Source: a virus
DNA: 64,000 nt
IMG/VR virus record: IMGVR_UViG_3300042945_001689
Location: 44,125 to 108,124 of that record
Direction: 5' to 3' (one strand)
The notes under the pieces are model-generated. The model ran no database searches and was not told the DNA's origin. It saw only the letters and a list, made by a program, of their open reading frames with translations. Of the stretch, positions 45,334-54,466 are shown piece by piece. Within the stretch, counting starts at the first letter, position 1, and each line of letters starts with the position of its first letter. The position numbers and the translations under genes are program-made.

Positions 45334-45618
45334 TTACTTAACTACCTTTTTTGCTGTAGTAGCCTTTTTTGTAGCCTTCTTTTTCACTGGCTTAATAGTC
45401 TTCATTGCATCATCAACATCCTTTGCGATTGCATCGAACTTGCCAAATGCTGGATCTTTTGGATTTGCTGCACGAAGAACTACTGGGACTAGAGCAGCCA
45501 CCAGAGCAGCCCACATGTCCTTTGGATCGGTAACTCCCGCTGTGTATAGTGCAACTACACCAGCAAGTACAGAGCGTCCGTATGAGGCTCCCATAGCCTT
45601 TAGTTGTGCTTGATTCAT
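45334..45618 (-). CDS. Putative holin
   Basis: two hydrophobic helices, NPKDPAFG, basic tail. Confidence 0.6.
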   Translation of the reverse strand: MNQAQLKAMGASYGRSVLAGVVALYTAGVTDPKDMWAALVAALVPVVLRAANPKDPAFGKFDAIAKDVDDAMKTIKPVKKKATKKATTAKKVVK

Positions 45619-45724
45619 TTACTCACCTCTTTCTATTATTATTATACACTAAAACTAATAAGTAAAATTTTTTTTATTTCTAATTTGTTTTTTTAATTTA
45701 ATCTTATTTATTAGTTTTTTTATT

Positions 45725-46123
45725 TTATTTATCATCTGAACCTTTTCCATTGTCTTGAACAATAGGAAGAAGTTTTCCTATCACACTAGACAAAAATGTT
45801 GGGCTATTTAAATCATCAACCCTAGTATTATTCATTTCTTTGCGACAATCTTCAATAACATTATTTACAATATCAATTGTATCCTCAATATATTTGAATG
45901 CCCATTCCCTTGAGTCTGATAAAAATTTAACAAATCCTTCGTTAGTTTCATCTTTAAACATTGATGAATTTTCTATTTGATCTTTCATTGCTGACATCAT
46001 GGCAATAGCAATTTGATTATCTAATAAACTTTGATTGAGAGCACCTTGTATTTGATATGCTCTATAAATCATATAAATATTAAATGCTGATAGCCCAATA
46101 ATTACCCAGTTATACCACTGCAT
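45725..46123 (-). CDS. Membrane-anchored hypothetical protein
   Basis: N-terminal TM; FVKFLSDSREWAF.YIE. Confidence 0.65.
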   Translation of the reverse strand: MQWYNWVIIGLSAFNIYMIYRAYQIQGALNQSLLDNQIAIAMMSAMKDQIENSSMFKDETNEGFVKFLSDSREWAFKYIEDTIDIVNNVIEDCRKEMNNTRVDDLNSPTFLSSVIGKLLPIVQDNGKGSDDK

Positions 46124-46601
46124 TTCGCTCCTCATGTGTTGGCCAATAGTAATTGCATTTTTCACAACATGGTTCATTGTATGGACTAATTGTTGCATAC
46201 TGATACTTGTTATAAAAAATAGGATCCTTTTTAAATAGATTAGCCTTGTGAGTTGTTGTAATACGCATTACCTTATTATCATTAAGCCAGAATGATGGTG
46301 GAGTTTTTCCCCATCTATCCGAACATTTTTCTTTAAGATCATTAAGGTTGTTTTCATTGTTTATTGTCTTAATCCCACGAACCTTAGCCTCTTCTATCAT
46401 GTGCTGTATATAAGACCACAGACCAGCCTCATAGCCCTTCCACATAAGCACTGCAGGGTGATTACGCCATGCCCCAGACGGTGACTCTCCTGACAACACC
46501 TTGAGTATTTGATACCCCTCAAGGATTTGTTTATTAAGTCTTTTATTGTCTAAGGATTTTGCGGTATATGAAATATTACTAGATGGAAGAAATGTTTGCA
46601 T
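46110..46601 (-). CDS. Pyrimidine-dimer DNA glycosylase / MSMEG_6728-like protein
   Basis: MQTFLP, LD.KRL.KQ..E..Q, HPAVLMW.G, YYWP. Confidence 0.8.
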   Translation of the reverse strand: MQTFLPSSNISYTAKSLDNKRLNKQILEGYQILKVLSGESPSGAWRNHPAVLMWKGYEAGLWSYIQHMIEEAKVRGIKTINNENNLNDLKEKCSDRWGKTPPSFWLNDNKVMRITTTHKANLFKKDPIFYNKYQYATISPYNEPCCEKCNYYWPTHEERNAVV

Positions 46602-46719
46602 TAAACAACCTTAAGGGTATTGCAACGAGTACAGCCAACATATGTATTACCAGTAAATGGACATGCTCCAGCATCTACAAGAGCATGACCTTTAAATTTA
46701 CATACAATTTTTTTGATAA

Positions 46720-47475
46720 TCATAATCCTAATTCTTTTCTTTTTTTTGTAGCAGAGATTGCTTCTATATCTTTATCTAAACCAACCTGCTCAATCTTATA
46801 TCCAACATCACGTCCATACACTATGTTTGTTATGTTAGGCATTTTGATTACAAATGGAAAGTTTAAACTGGCATCTTTCCTAATATATCCATTAACTTCT
46901 TCATAAGAGAGCGGATCTTTTTCGCTAGTCCCTTGAGTATCCCTAACACCAAGCACCACCTGTTCTGTTCTTTTCTTTGCTTCAAAGTATAATGCATTAT
47001 GACCCTCATGCCAAGGCTGGTAACGACCTAGCATTAGCGTTGTAGGGGCTTTCCAGTCTGGTAAATTATACTTATCTATAATATATTGTACCCTATCATC
47101 TGATTCTATTGTACTGTCAAAAGACTCATCATAAAGAATGGGATCTTCCCAAAGTTTATTTGTGTCTTCAAACCTTCCTTCTTTAATTCTATTCATCCAA
47201 ATTAAAATATCTGGTTTACCAAAAGCATCTCTTGTTTTTTCGGTAGGGCAAATAAAATCTACAACTACAACCTGACCTTGCTCTGATAACATTTTTGCAA
47301 TAGCACCAAGTCTACGAGCATTCTCTACTCTATCTTCTATAGAAAATCCTAAATCAGAGTTAATTGTTGACCTAACATAATCAGCATTAACATGAATAGC
47401 ATTAATTCTAGAAGATAGTTTTGTCGCCAAAGTGGTTTTACCAGATCCAGGAATACCAATTATTTGTATAATCAT
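46720..47475 (-). CDS. APS-kinase-like P-loop kinase fused to HxGH nucleotidyltransferase
   Basis: GIPGSGKTT, DLGFS.EDR.EN.RR; LGRYQPWHEGH; ISATK.R. Confidence 0.8.
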   Translation of the reverse strand: MIIQIIGIPGSGKTTLATKLSSRINAIHVNADYVRSTINSDLGFSIEDRVENARRLGAIAKMLSEQGQVVVVDFICPTEKTRDAFGKPDILIWMNRIKEGRFEDTNKLWEDPILYDESFDSTIESDDRVQYIIDKYNLPDWKAPTTLMLGRYQPWHEGHNALYFEAKKRTEQVVLGVRDTQGTSEKDPLSYEEVNGYIRKDASLNFPFVIKMPNITNIVYGRDVGYKIEQVGLDKDIEAISATKKRKELGL

Positions 47476-47702
47476 TTTCCACCCGTCCTAACTAACATAA
47501 CTATAGCCCCATTTTCTTCTAAGGCTTTTTTAACCCTTACCATATATTCTACAGCAAGTCTCTTATCTCTGTCAAATAACTTCATAAAACTTGCTTCGTC
47601 TGCTCTTACTGTAATAAAATGCTCATTATCAATAATATCTACACCAAATCCATTTGGTGGGGCAATAGATCTAACGGCTCGCCTCATTGCGTCTGTATAC
47701 AT
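47472..47702 (-). CDS. Hypothetical protein
   Basis: start moved to MYTDAMRR, coupled to neighbours. Confidence 0.65.
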   Translation of the reverse strand: MYTDAMRRAVRSIAPPNGFGVDIIDNEHFITVRADEASFMKLFDRDKRLAVEYMVRVKKALEENGAIVMLVRTGGK

Positions 47703-47914
47703 TATTCTTCTCTTTTCCAGTGAAAGAATGACTTTATATAAACTGCAGCATAAGCAACGGCGGAAAATATAAAACCATACTGTTTTGTTATCAGTGCATA
47801 TGTAATCCATAACACCTCATTGGCGCAAAGTATTAACCAACCCCAAATCGTTTTGCGACCTACAAAGTAGATGCCTGCTACTCCTATTACTGCTAATACC
47901 CACGACCACCACAT
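47702..47914 (-). CDS. Small PnuC-like membrane protein
   Basis: three hydrophobic segments, GW..N..W..QYG..W. Confidence 0.55.
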   Translation of the reverse strand: MWWSWVLAVIGVAGIYFVGRKTIWGWLILCANEVLWITYALITKQYGFIFSAVAYAAVYIKSFFHWKREE

Positions 47915-47937
47915 GATTAAACCTATCTCTTAGTATT

Positions 47938-48363
47938 CTATTCTACCAGACCTGGATAATCTGTGCAAATGCCATAAACATTATTATATTTATAATCTAA
48001 ATTTAAATCAACTATAATTGATTTTTCTGTAACATTTTTTCCTGGATATGTCCATATATACCCATTGCTTGTTAAAGTAAAATCATCTTCTTGATGCCAA
48101 AAAAACATATGTTTATTTCTATCTAATGCATTTAAAGCATTGATATTTTTACAATGAAACCAGGACACATCTTTAATATCATCTATAAATCTATCTCCTA
48201 CTGGATATTGTGAAAAATCATGACCTAAGTACCAAGTAGATTCTATCAGTCTAATATCAATCTCTACATTAAATCCCTTTTGTATTGCATGGTAAATAAG
48301 CCCAGGACTATTCTCTAGTGGACTTGGACCATCAACATTTCCTCTGTGTGCTATTTTAATCAT
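47938..48363 (-). CDS. GDPD-like phosphodiesterase
   Basis: IAHRG, EN, VEID, GHD, GICTDYP. Confidence 0.75.
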   Translation of the reverse strand: MIKIAHRGNVDGPSPLENSPGLIYHAIQKGFNVEIDIRLIESTWYLGHDFSQYPVGDRFIDDIKDVSWFHCKNINALNALDRNKHMFFWHQEDDFTLTSNGYIWTYPGKNVTEKSIIVDLNLDYKYNNVYGICTDYPGLVE

Positions 48364-49723
48364 TCTTACTCCTATTATATAAATAATAGTTCAAATCTTC
48401 TGGAGTACCTATTCCCCACATTTTTTCAACTGGTAAAGCATAAATCTTTTTTTCATCTAAAATAGCCTCGTTAAATGCTGGGCATGTATAAAATTCATTA
48501 TTTACACGAATATCTTTATTAATCATTTGTTTTGCATATTTTATAAAATCTGACCCATGTTTCCAATAGTATATTCCTACCGTTGCATTATCACTAATAG
48601 GTTTTTTTTCAGCAACTTCTAAAACTAATCCATCTGAGTCTGTTTTTGCATAAGACCACTTTGGATGTGATGATTTAAATGTTGCTATTCCACCGTCTGC
48701 ATTCTTGCTATATAAATCATATAAAAACTTTTTACTGTCCCATTCAACAATTTGATCTGAGTTTGCTATAAAAAGTGGACTATTGTTGTTTATATACTCG
48801 GAGGCCATTAAGCAGGTTCTTGCAGCACCGTCTGTAATTCCATTTATTTTTATTATGTTGCAATTAGGTGTAATTCTATTAAGCAAGTATTCTAAACCAT
48901 ATTTATCATAATGTTCTTGTTGTACAACATAAGTATATTTTGCATTAATACCCAAACTATTTACTACAGCCTGTATCATTGGCATATTATCAACTTCTAT
49001 CAATGGCTTTGGAAATGAATATCCAGCATCAAAAAATCTACTACCCATTCCAGCCATTGGAATTAAAACGTTTAAACTATTATCATTCCACATACTTTTT
49101 GAATTTTTTAAATAATCAATTGCAATATTTATTTTTTCTAAACACAAGTCAGATCTATTTGTAATTTCAAAAAGTTTTGCTTTGCTATCTATTGCTGCAA
49201 GTTTTCCAACAATACTATCTTCAAATATTGCTGTATCTTCTGGCAAAAGACCAAAAAATGACATTGCCTTCCAATACATTTCTGGATGTGGTTTAGCAAA
49301 CTTAACGTCTTCGCTGCTTACTATATAATCTACAAAGTCAATAATTCCAAGAGATCTTAAACAACTTTCAACTGTTAATTTTATACTATTGCTTGCAACA
49401 GATATAAACATATTATTTTTTTTAATATGTTTAAACAAATCAATAAGTTCATAATCTATTGATAGACCATCTAATGCAATTTTAGTAGCATTCTGTTTTT
49501 CAGTATAAATTTGTTCATAGTATTTTTGTTCTAAACCTTTACTCTTTGTTAAAATTTTTAACTTATCTTTTGTTGGTAGGCCTTCATAAATTTTAGAATG
49601 TTCTTCTTTTGATATGATATATTTTTTATCAACATTTTTTAAGGCACAGTTTAATGCAACAAAATGTATTTCTTTGCTGTCAATTAACACTCCATCAAGA
49701 TCAAAAACAATTAATTTGTTCAT
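48356..49723 (-). CDS. HAD phosphatase fused to sugar nucleotidyltransferase
   Basis: FDLDGVL..KPHP..EDS; IPMAG.GSRF..PKPLI..GTPEDL. Confidence 0.88.
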   Translation of the reverse strand: MNKLIVFDLDGVLIDSKEIHFVALNCALKNVDKKYIISKEEHSKIYEGLPTKDKLKILTKSKGLEQKYYEQIYTEKQNATKIALDGLSIDYELIDLFKHIKKNNMFISVASNSIKLTVESCLRSLGIIDFVDYIVSSEDVKFAKPHPEMYWKAMSFFGLLPEDTAIFEDSIVGKLAAIDSKAKLFEITNRSDLCLEKINIAIDYLKNSKSMWNDNSLNVLIPMAGMGSRFFDAGYSFPKPLIEVDNMPMIQAVVNSLGINAKYTYVVQQEHYDKYGLEYLLNRITPNCNIIKINGITDGAARTCLMASEYINNNSPLFIANSDQIVEWDSKKFLYDLYSKNADGGIATFKSSHPKWSYAKTDSDGLVLEVAEKKPISDNATVGIYYWKHGSDFIKYAKQMINKDIRVNNEFYTCPAFNEAILDEKKIYALPVEKMWGIGTPEDLNYYLYNRSKND

Positions 49724-49727
49724 AATA

Positions 49728-50606
49728 TTATTTTATCATATACAACGAATGTGCAAATTCAGACCAGGCATAATGAAACGCATATCCAAAATGTGGCTCT
49801 TGATCATCTCTTTTGTCATAAGCGTCTATCAAACAATCTAAATTTTTATTTTGATCAATACATGTAAATATATCATTAAAAAATTTTTTTTCATCTATTT
49901 GATAAAAAGTTTTAAAATAGTTATAAAGTTTTTCATCAGATTTATTTTTATATAAGTCAACTATATTTTTATTTTTTATTAAAGTATATCTGTTAAGTAA
50001 GAATTGTGTCCAAGTAAAAGAAATTAATTTTATGTTATTTGAATTACAATACTGTTCTAACATTAAATATACATTATGAGATAAAATAGTAGCAAGATAG
50101 TTTGTCTGATGATTCTGCTGTGCATCATCATGTAGATAAATAACGTCTCTTCCAATATTTGGAAAGTTAATAAAAATACAATCTGGATTGCCAAACATTT
50201 TACAGTATTTAAAAATGTTACTTATTATTTCAAAGTTTGATCCTGCTGGAATTCCAAGATTATAGAAACCACTTAATGACTCTTTTTCTTTTATTTTTTC
50301 ATAAACTAAAGTTGGCCATAAATAATCTTGTGGCATTCCAACTCCAAAGGTGTTTGAACATCCAGCAAATAAAATATGCTTGCCATTATGTTTATCAGTA
50401 AAATCATCTGATCTAAATCCATAATTGTTTAAATAGTATGTACTTGGATCATCTGATAAATAATTTATTTTTTGTTTTTTTTGAGAGTCGTATGTAGGTC
50501 TATCAACAAAACAATTTGTTTTTATTTTTTCATTATCAAATGCCCATAGTGGCACAATAAAATCATTTAAGTTTATATTTTTTTTATGAAATTTAAAAAG
50601 ATTCAT
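49728..50606 (-). CDS. Hypothetical SGNH-like protein
   Basis: NNYGFR..GCSNTFGVG; paralog of 9655..10659. Confidence 0.5.
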   Translation of the reverse strand: MNLFKFHKKNINLNDFIVPLWAFDNEKIKTNCFVDRPTYDSQKKQKINYLSDDPSTYYLNNYGFRSDDFTDKHNGKHILFAGCSNTFGVGMPQDYLWPTLVYEKIKEKESLSGFYNLGIPAGSNFEIISNIFKYCKMFGNPDCIFINFPNIGRDVIYLHDDAQQNHQTNYLATILSHNVYLMLEQYCNSNNIKLISFTWTQFLLNRYTLIKNKNIVDLYKNKSDEKLYNYFKTFYQIDEKKFFNDIFTCIDQNKNLDCLIDAYDKRDDQEPHFGYAFHYAWSEFAHSLYMIK

Positions 50607-51618
50607 TGTTTAATAACACCCCAACTATTTTATTTTTTTCTAGTTTATCTACTAAATCTTTTGAGTTAGAATTATACTCATTTTGTATTGATATATATGT
50701 GTGGTTTTTTGACCAGGCTATATCTCTATATTGTCCATGAGTTGATGTCCTTTTCATACGAGATTTTGTCTCAACATTATATGATGATGTCTCTAGTGGT
50801 GTGTATATTTCTACAATGTTAGATTTATTTGGCATCATTAACATATTTAACAAACCGCTTCCAGTCAAACCGATTAGTGTTTTAACAGAACTAAAATATT
50901 TTATTTGATCTTCAAATGTTTTAAATGTTTCTGGAATAACTATCTCGCAACCATTATTTTTAAAAAATTCTTCAATTAAATATTCGTTATTTTGTCTATC
51001 CATATTAATATATTTTTGTGATTTTACATTTCTTGACAAATATACAACTTTATTTGCAACTTCATCTTTTGAATATTCGCTAAACAAATTAGAAAGCAAG
51101 TCAAGGTTTTGCAACTTAAGTTCTGTGTCTTTGAAGATGGCACAGTTATCTGTTTTAATAATAACATTTTTATTTGGATGTGATGTATTATTAATTTTAT
51201 TAAGTTCTTGCATTCTTTTTGGAGAAGAGTTTATTATTGTAAAATTAATATGTTTTTTTTCTAATACTTCTAAAAAAAATTTAAAAAATGCTGGTCCATC
51301 TTTATCATAAAAATAACTAGGAATATCTGAAGAATCTAAAATGAATTCAAAATCACCCCACGAAGGACTAGACTTAAAATTTTTGTCTAAATATAAAATT
51401 TTTGCAAGATTGTCTATTAAATTATGATATATTCTTGGATGTAAACCTATAAGTATTTTATTGTTTGTTGAAGTTAGGTCTAATATACTATAATTGTTTT
51501 CTTTTATAAAATCATTATTCCTTGCTACATAAACATGGTTGTTAGACTGATACTCAAGGTATCTAATATTTTTATCATAATTGATATGCATATGTATTGG
51601 AATATTATTTATTAACAT
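50593..51618 (-). CDS. GT61 (DUF563)-like glycosyltransferase
   Basis: YH.L.D, VYLSR, PE..F.DQI..F, GSGL.N. Confidence 0.7.
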   Translation of the reverse strand: MLINNIPIHMHINYDKNIRYLEYQSNNHVYVARNNDFIKENNYSILDLTSTNNKILIGLHPRIYHNLIDNLAKILYLDKNFKSSPSWGDFEFILDSSDIPSYFYDKDGPAFFKFFLEVLEKKHINFTIINSSPKRMQELNKINNTSHPNKNVIIKTDNCAIFKDTELKLQNLDLLSNLFSEYSKDEVANKVVYLSRNVKSQKYINMDRQNNEYLIEEFFKNNGCEIVIPETFKTFEDQIKYFSSVKTLIGLTGSGLLNMLMMPNKSNIVEIYTPLETSSYNVETKSRMKRTSTHGQYRDIAWSKNHTYISIQNEYNSNSKDLVDKLEKNKIVGVLLNNESF

Positions 51619-51903
51619 TTAACCCTCAATTGTTAAATTTTCCCAGATTTCAGCCCACCTAGGCTTGGTCTTATGATTGTTGAATTCTCTCGAAATGTTT
51701 CCCTTGTCTAAGTATACTCCGCCCCATACTCCATACTCTTTTTCAGATATACCGACAGCAAAGCAGGTTCTGGCAACTGGGCAAGCAATGCATACATTAT
51801 CTACTCCATGTCTAATGTTTGGATTATCTTCATATTTATCAAAGAATAAATTTGTATCATAATCAAGACAAGCAGCATCTTCTTTCCATAAATGTTTATT
51901 CAC
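51619..51903 (-). CDS. whiB: WhiB-family transcription factor
   Basis: four Cys (C..C-x2-C-x5-C) and GVWGG; GTG start. Confidence 0.92.
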   Translation of the reverse strand: MNKHLWKEDAACLDYDTNLFFDKYEDNPNIRHGVDNVCIACPVARTCFAVGISEKEYGVWGGVYLDKGNISREFNNHKTKPRWAEIWENLTIEG

Positions 51904-52115
51904 TATAACTCCAAATGTTTTTGGCTTATCTTCCATCCATTTTGATCTGGAGCATAGACTGTTTTAACATACCAATTGCCATCAACAAATGCACCATTTG
52001 TTTGGTATATTGCTGTTTTAGACTTTGATAGATGAATTACATTCCACCCATCCCATCTTAAACTTGAATTAGCAGAAACGATTTTTTCCATCTGATCTAA
52101 TGTTGTGATATTCAT
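51903..52115 (-). CDS. Hypothetical protein
   Basis: 70 aa in operon. Confidence 0.7.
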   Translation of the reverse strand: MNITTLDQMEKIVSANSSLRWDGWNVIHLSKSKTAIYQTNGAFVDGNWYVKTVYAPDQNGWKISQKHLEL

Positions 52116-52122
52116 AATTTCC

Positions 52123-52473
52123 TTAGTATGAGAATACGTTCAGTTCAACATTGTTAGATTGTGCAAGTGAAGCCAACTTTGATATATGCTGATTAGGCTT
52201 ACTAAAATACGCAAAATAATTAATGTCGTTCATATTTTCTTCAATCCATTGTGGATTTGTTTTGTAAAACTTTACCCTTATGCCTCTTGCCTTTAATCCT
52301 TTTTCAGATACATTACAAAACTCAGAAACAAAAGAGTGAACTTGCTGTGGACCAACTGAATAAACTATGTAATCTTCATTATCTTGTTTAATAGATGAAA
52401 GAGCAATCCCCATAGCACGAAGAAATATCTGGTAGTCATTGAACTCATTTGTCCCCTGCACCACGACCTTCAT
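52123..52473 (-). CDS. Hypothetical protein (possible SLOG-like fold)
   Basis: MKVVVQGT..F.DY. Confidence 0.6.
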   Translation of the reverse strand: MKVVVQGTNEFNDYQIFLRAMGIALSSIKQDNEDYIVYSVGPQQVHSFVSEFCNVSEKGLKARGIRVKFYKTNPQWIEENMNDINYFAYFSKPNQHISKLASLAQSNNVELNVFSY

Positions 52474-52855
52474 TTTTACTCCTGTCAGTTAGTTTATCTA
52501 GTATATTAAGCATTTTTTTTAATTCTTCTTCTGACATACCTTCTGTATTTACAGGAGATGTTGTTGATCGATCTACATGACCATCTTCAACATTGGCTTT
52601 ATAAAAAATATTTTTATGAACCCAGTATGCATAATCTTCAGTTATTAAAACATCTATAATACTTTCTCTATTACGTTTTGTTAACTGAGTATCTTTTACA
52701 TCAATTGGAACCAAGTCTGGCAAAAATGGGCCAATAATATGATGTATGCTGCTTTGTCGATATTTAATTTTAGACTTTTTTTCTTTAGGCTTTATTATAT
52801 AAAGTATAGCAAGAATAGCCATCGTTGTCAAGAACGATACAAGAAAATCATTCAT
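52445..52855 (-). CDS. Membrane-anchored hypothetical protein
   Basis: N-terminal TM. Confidence 0.65.
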   Translation of the reverse strand: MNDFLVSFLTTMAILAILYIIKPKEKKSKIKYRQSSIHHIIGPFLPDLVPIDVKDTQLTKRNRESIIDVLITEDYAYWVHKNIFYKANVEDGHVDRSTTSPVNTEGMSEEELKKMLNILDKLTDRSKNEGRGAGDK

Positions 52856-52874
52856 GTATCTATTGTAGCACTAC

Positions 52875-53213
52875 TTATCTTTTTTCATGGTAAACACGTT
52901 TAAGTTCTTTTAAAAAGTTTTGTAGTGTTTCATTTAAGTCATTAATTTCATTTTTATCAAATGCTTTTTTTGTTAACTTTACCGTTGGACTTTGTTCAAA
53001 TAAATCCATGTCAACAAAACCCTTTTCCCATAATGCCATAACCTCTGTATTCAACATTGACATGTGCATTTTATAAAGATCAGGGTCAACATCTTCTAGT
53101 TTTTCTGTAAAACGATAAAGTGGTTCGCCATCTTCGGCAAATCCTTCAAATGAAACAGCACCTTTATCAATTAAATTAATTAGTGCAAATTCTGCAGCCT
53201 CGTCTGGTGTCAT
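52875..53213 (-). CDS. Hypothetical protein
   Basis: 112 aa in operon. Confidence 0.7.
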   Translation of the reverse strand: MTPDEAAEFALINLIDKGAVSFEGFAEDGEPLYRFTEKLEDVDPDLYKMHMSMLNTEVMALWEKGFVDMDLFEQSPTVKLTKKAFDKNEINDLNETLQNFLKELKRVYHEKR

Positions 53214-53470
53214 TAGTGTGACTCTCCCTTACTGCGATTTTCGATCAGTCTTTCTCTTTCATCAAGTACTGAATATGCATAAGCCATCATCTTTCTGGAT
53301 CCTTCAATGTCATTCATGATTTTTCCATAATGATGTCCACAAAACATTAACTCTCCATTAACACCAGTTACAGATACATAAGCCTGTGAAGAACAACCAT
53401 CGCATCTATCTTGTGCAGTCAACAGCCATTTACGCTCTTCTACTTTTTCTTCAGTGCCCATCTTAAACAT
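53213..53470 (-). CDS. Small Zn-binding protein
   Basis: DRCD.C..AY..L.FCGHH. Confidence 0.7.
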   Translation of the reverse strand: MFKMGTEEKVEERKWLLTAQDRCDGCSSQAYVSVTGVNGELMFCGHHYGKIMNDIEGSRKMMAYAYSVLDERERLIENRSKGESH

Positions 53471-53471
53471 A

Positions 53472-53657
53472 TTATACCCTCTTATTGTCGGTGGAATAAA
53501 AACCCTTACCATTAAATTGTACACCAAAAGAAGTGTATTGTCTAGTCAGAACCACACCACATTTTTCACAGTTGTACTGTGGCTCTGACTCTACTATTGA
53601 TCTAGTTTTAATTATTTCTGTATTACATTCAATACATTTATAAACATAGTCTGGCAT
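53472..53657 (-). CDS. FmdB-family zinc-ribbon protein
   Basis: MP.Y.YKC..C..C..CG..F.GKGFYSTD. Confidence 0.85.
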   Translation of the reverse strand: MPDYVYKCIECNTEIIKTRSIVESEPQYNCEKCGVVLTRQYTSFGVQFNGKGFYSTDNKRV

Positions 53658-53857
53658 TATTTTATTTTCTTGTTAAACCTTGCCCACACACGTTCGTGAA
53701 TATAATATGCACAGGATTCCCAGGCAATATATGCAAGAGATCCTAAACTAGCATATTCCCATTCACGAGTAAATGCATAAATAACACCATATACAAAACC
53801 AATGTGGACAAACTGCCAACTAATTGTTTTTAATAAACTTCTTTTATTTGATTCCAC
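53657..53857 (-). CDS. DUF2061-like membrane protein
   Basis: RSLLKTISW..YY.HERVW. Confidence 0.75.
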   Translation of the reverse strand: MESNKRSLLKTISWQFVHIGFVYGVIYAFTREWEYASLGSLAYIAWESCAYYIHERVWARFNKKIK

Positions 53858-54454
53858 TTATTTTGCTGCCTTTTTTGCTGCCTTTTTTACAGGCTTTGGT
53901 GCTGGCTTTGCAAGTTTAACTGCTAATGGCTGTCCCTCTTCACCTTTATAAACTGGACGACCCCAGGCAACGACTCCATTAATCAACTTTTTGCCATTGT
54001 TTTTAACATATGCACGAGTTTTTTCTACGCACATTCCGCCATTTCTTTGGTCTCCCTTTGCAGTTCCTGAAGTGTTTCCTTCAATAACTTGAATTGTTCC
54101 ATCGCCATTATTCTTAATACAAATACCGACATGTGAAATACGATTCACACCATCTTCTGGGAAATCAAAATAAATCCAGTCTCCTGGAGTTGGATCATCA
54201 TTACGAGCATCTGACCAACGATTATTTTTCTTAAACCAATCTGATGCTGCTACTGTTGATGCTGACTTTGGATACTTCTTTGGATCTAGCCCAGAAGTAA
54301 ATGCACACCAAGAAACGAATGATTGGCACCATGGCTGAAAATTCATGCCAGTCCATTTGCCGTACTTTGTTTCATTATCTTTTGGACCTTCAATAGTTCC
54401 AACTTCTTTCTTAGCGATTTCAATAATCGCTTCTACTGTACCTTTTTCTGCCAT
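53858..54454 (-). CDS. CHAP-domain amidase / endolysin
   Basis: PWCQSFVSW, PGD, SHVG, IEGNT. Confidence 0.88.
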   Translation of the reverse strand: MAEKGTVEAIIEIAKKEVGTIEGPKDNETKYGKWTGMNFQPWCQSFVSWCAFTSGLDPKKYPKSASTVAASDWFKKNNRWSDARNDDPTPGDWIYFDFPEDGVNRISHVGICIKNNGDGTIQVIEGNTSGTAKGDQRNGGMCVEKTRAYVKNNGKKLINGVVAWGRPVYKGEEGQPLAVKLAKPAPKPVKKAAKKAAK

Positions 54455-54466
54455 GTTATTCTCCTT

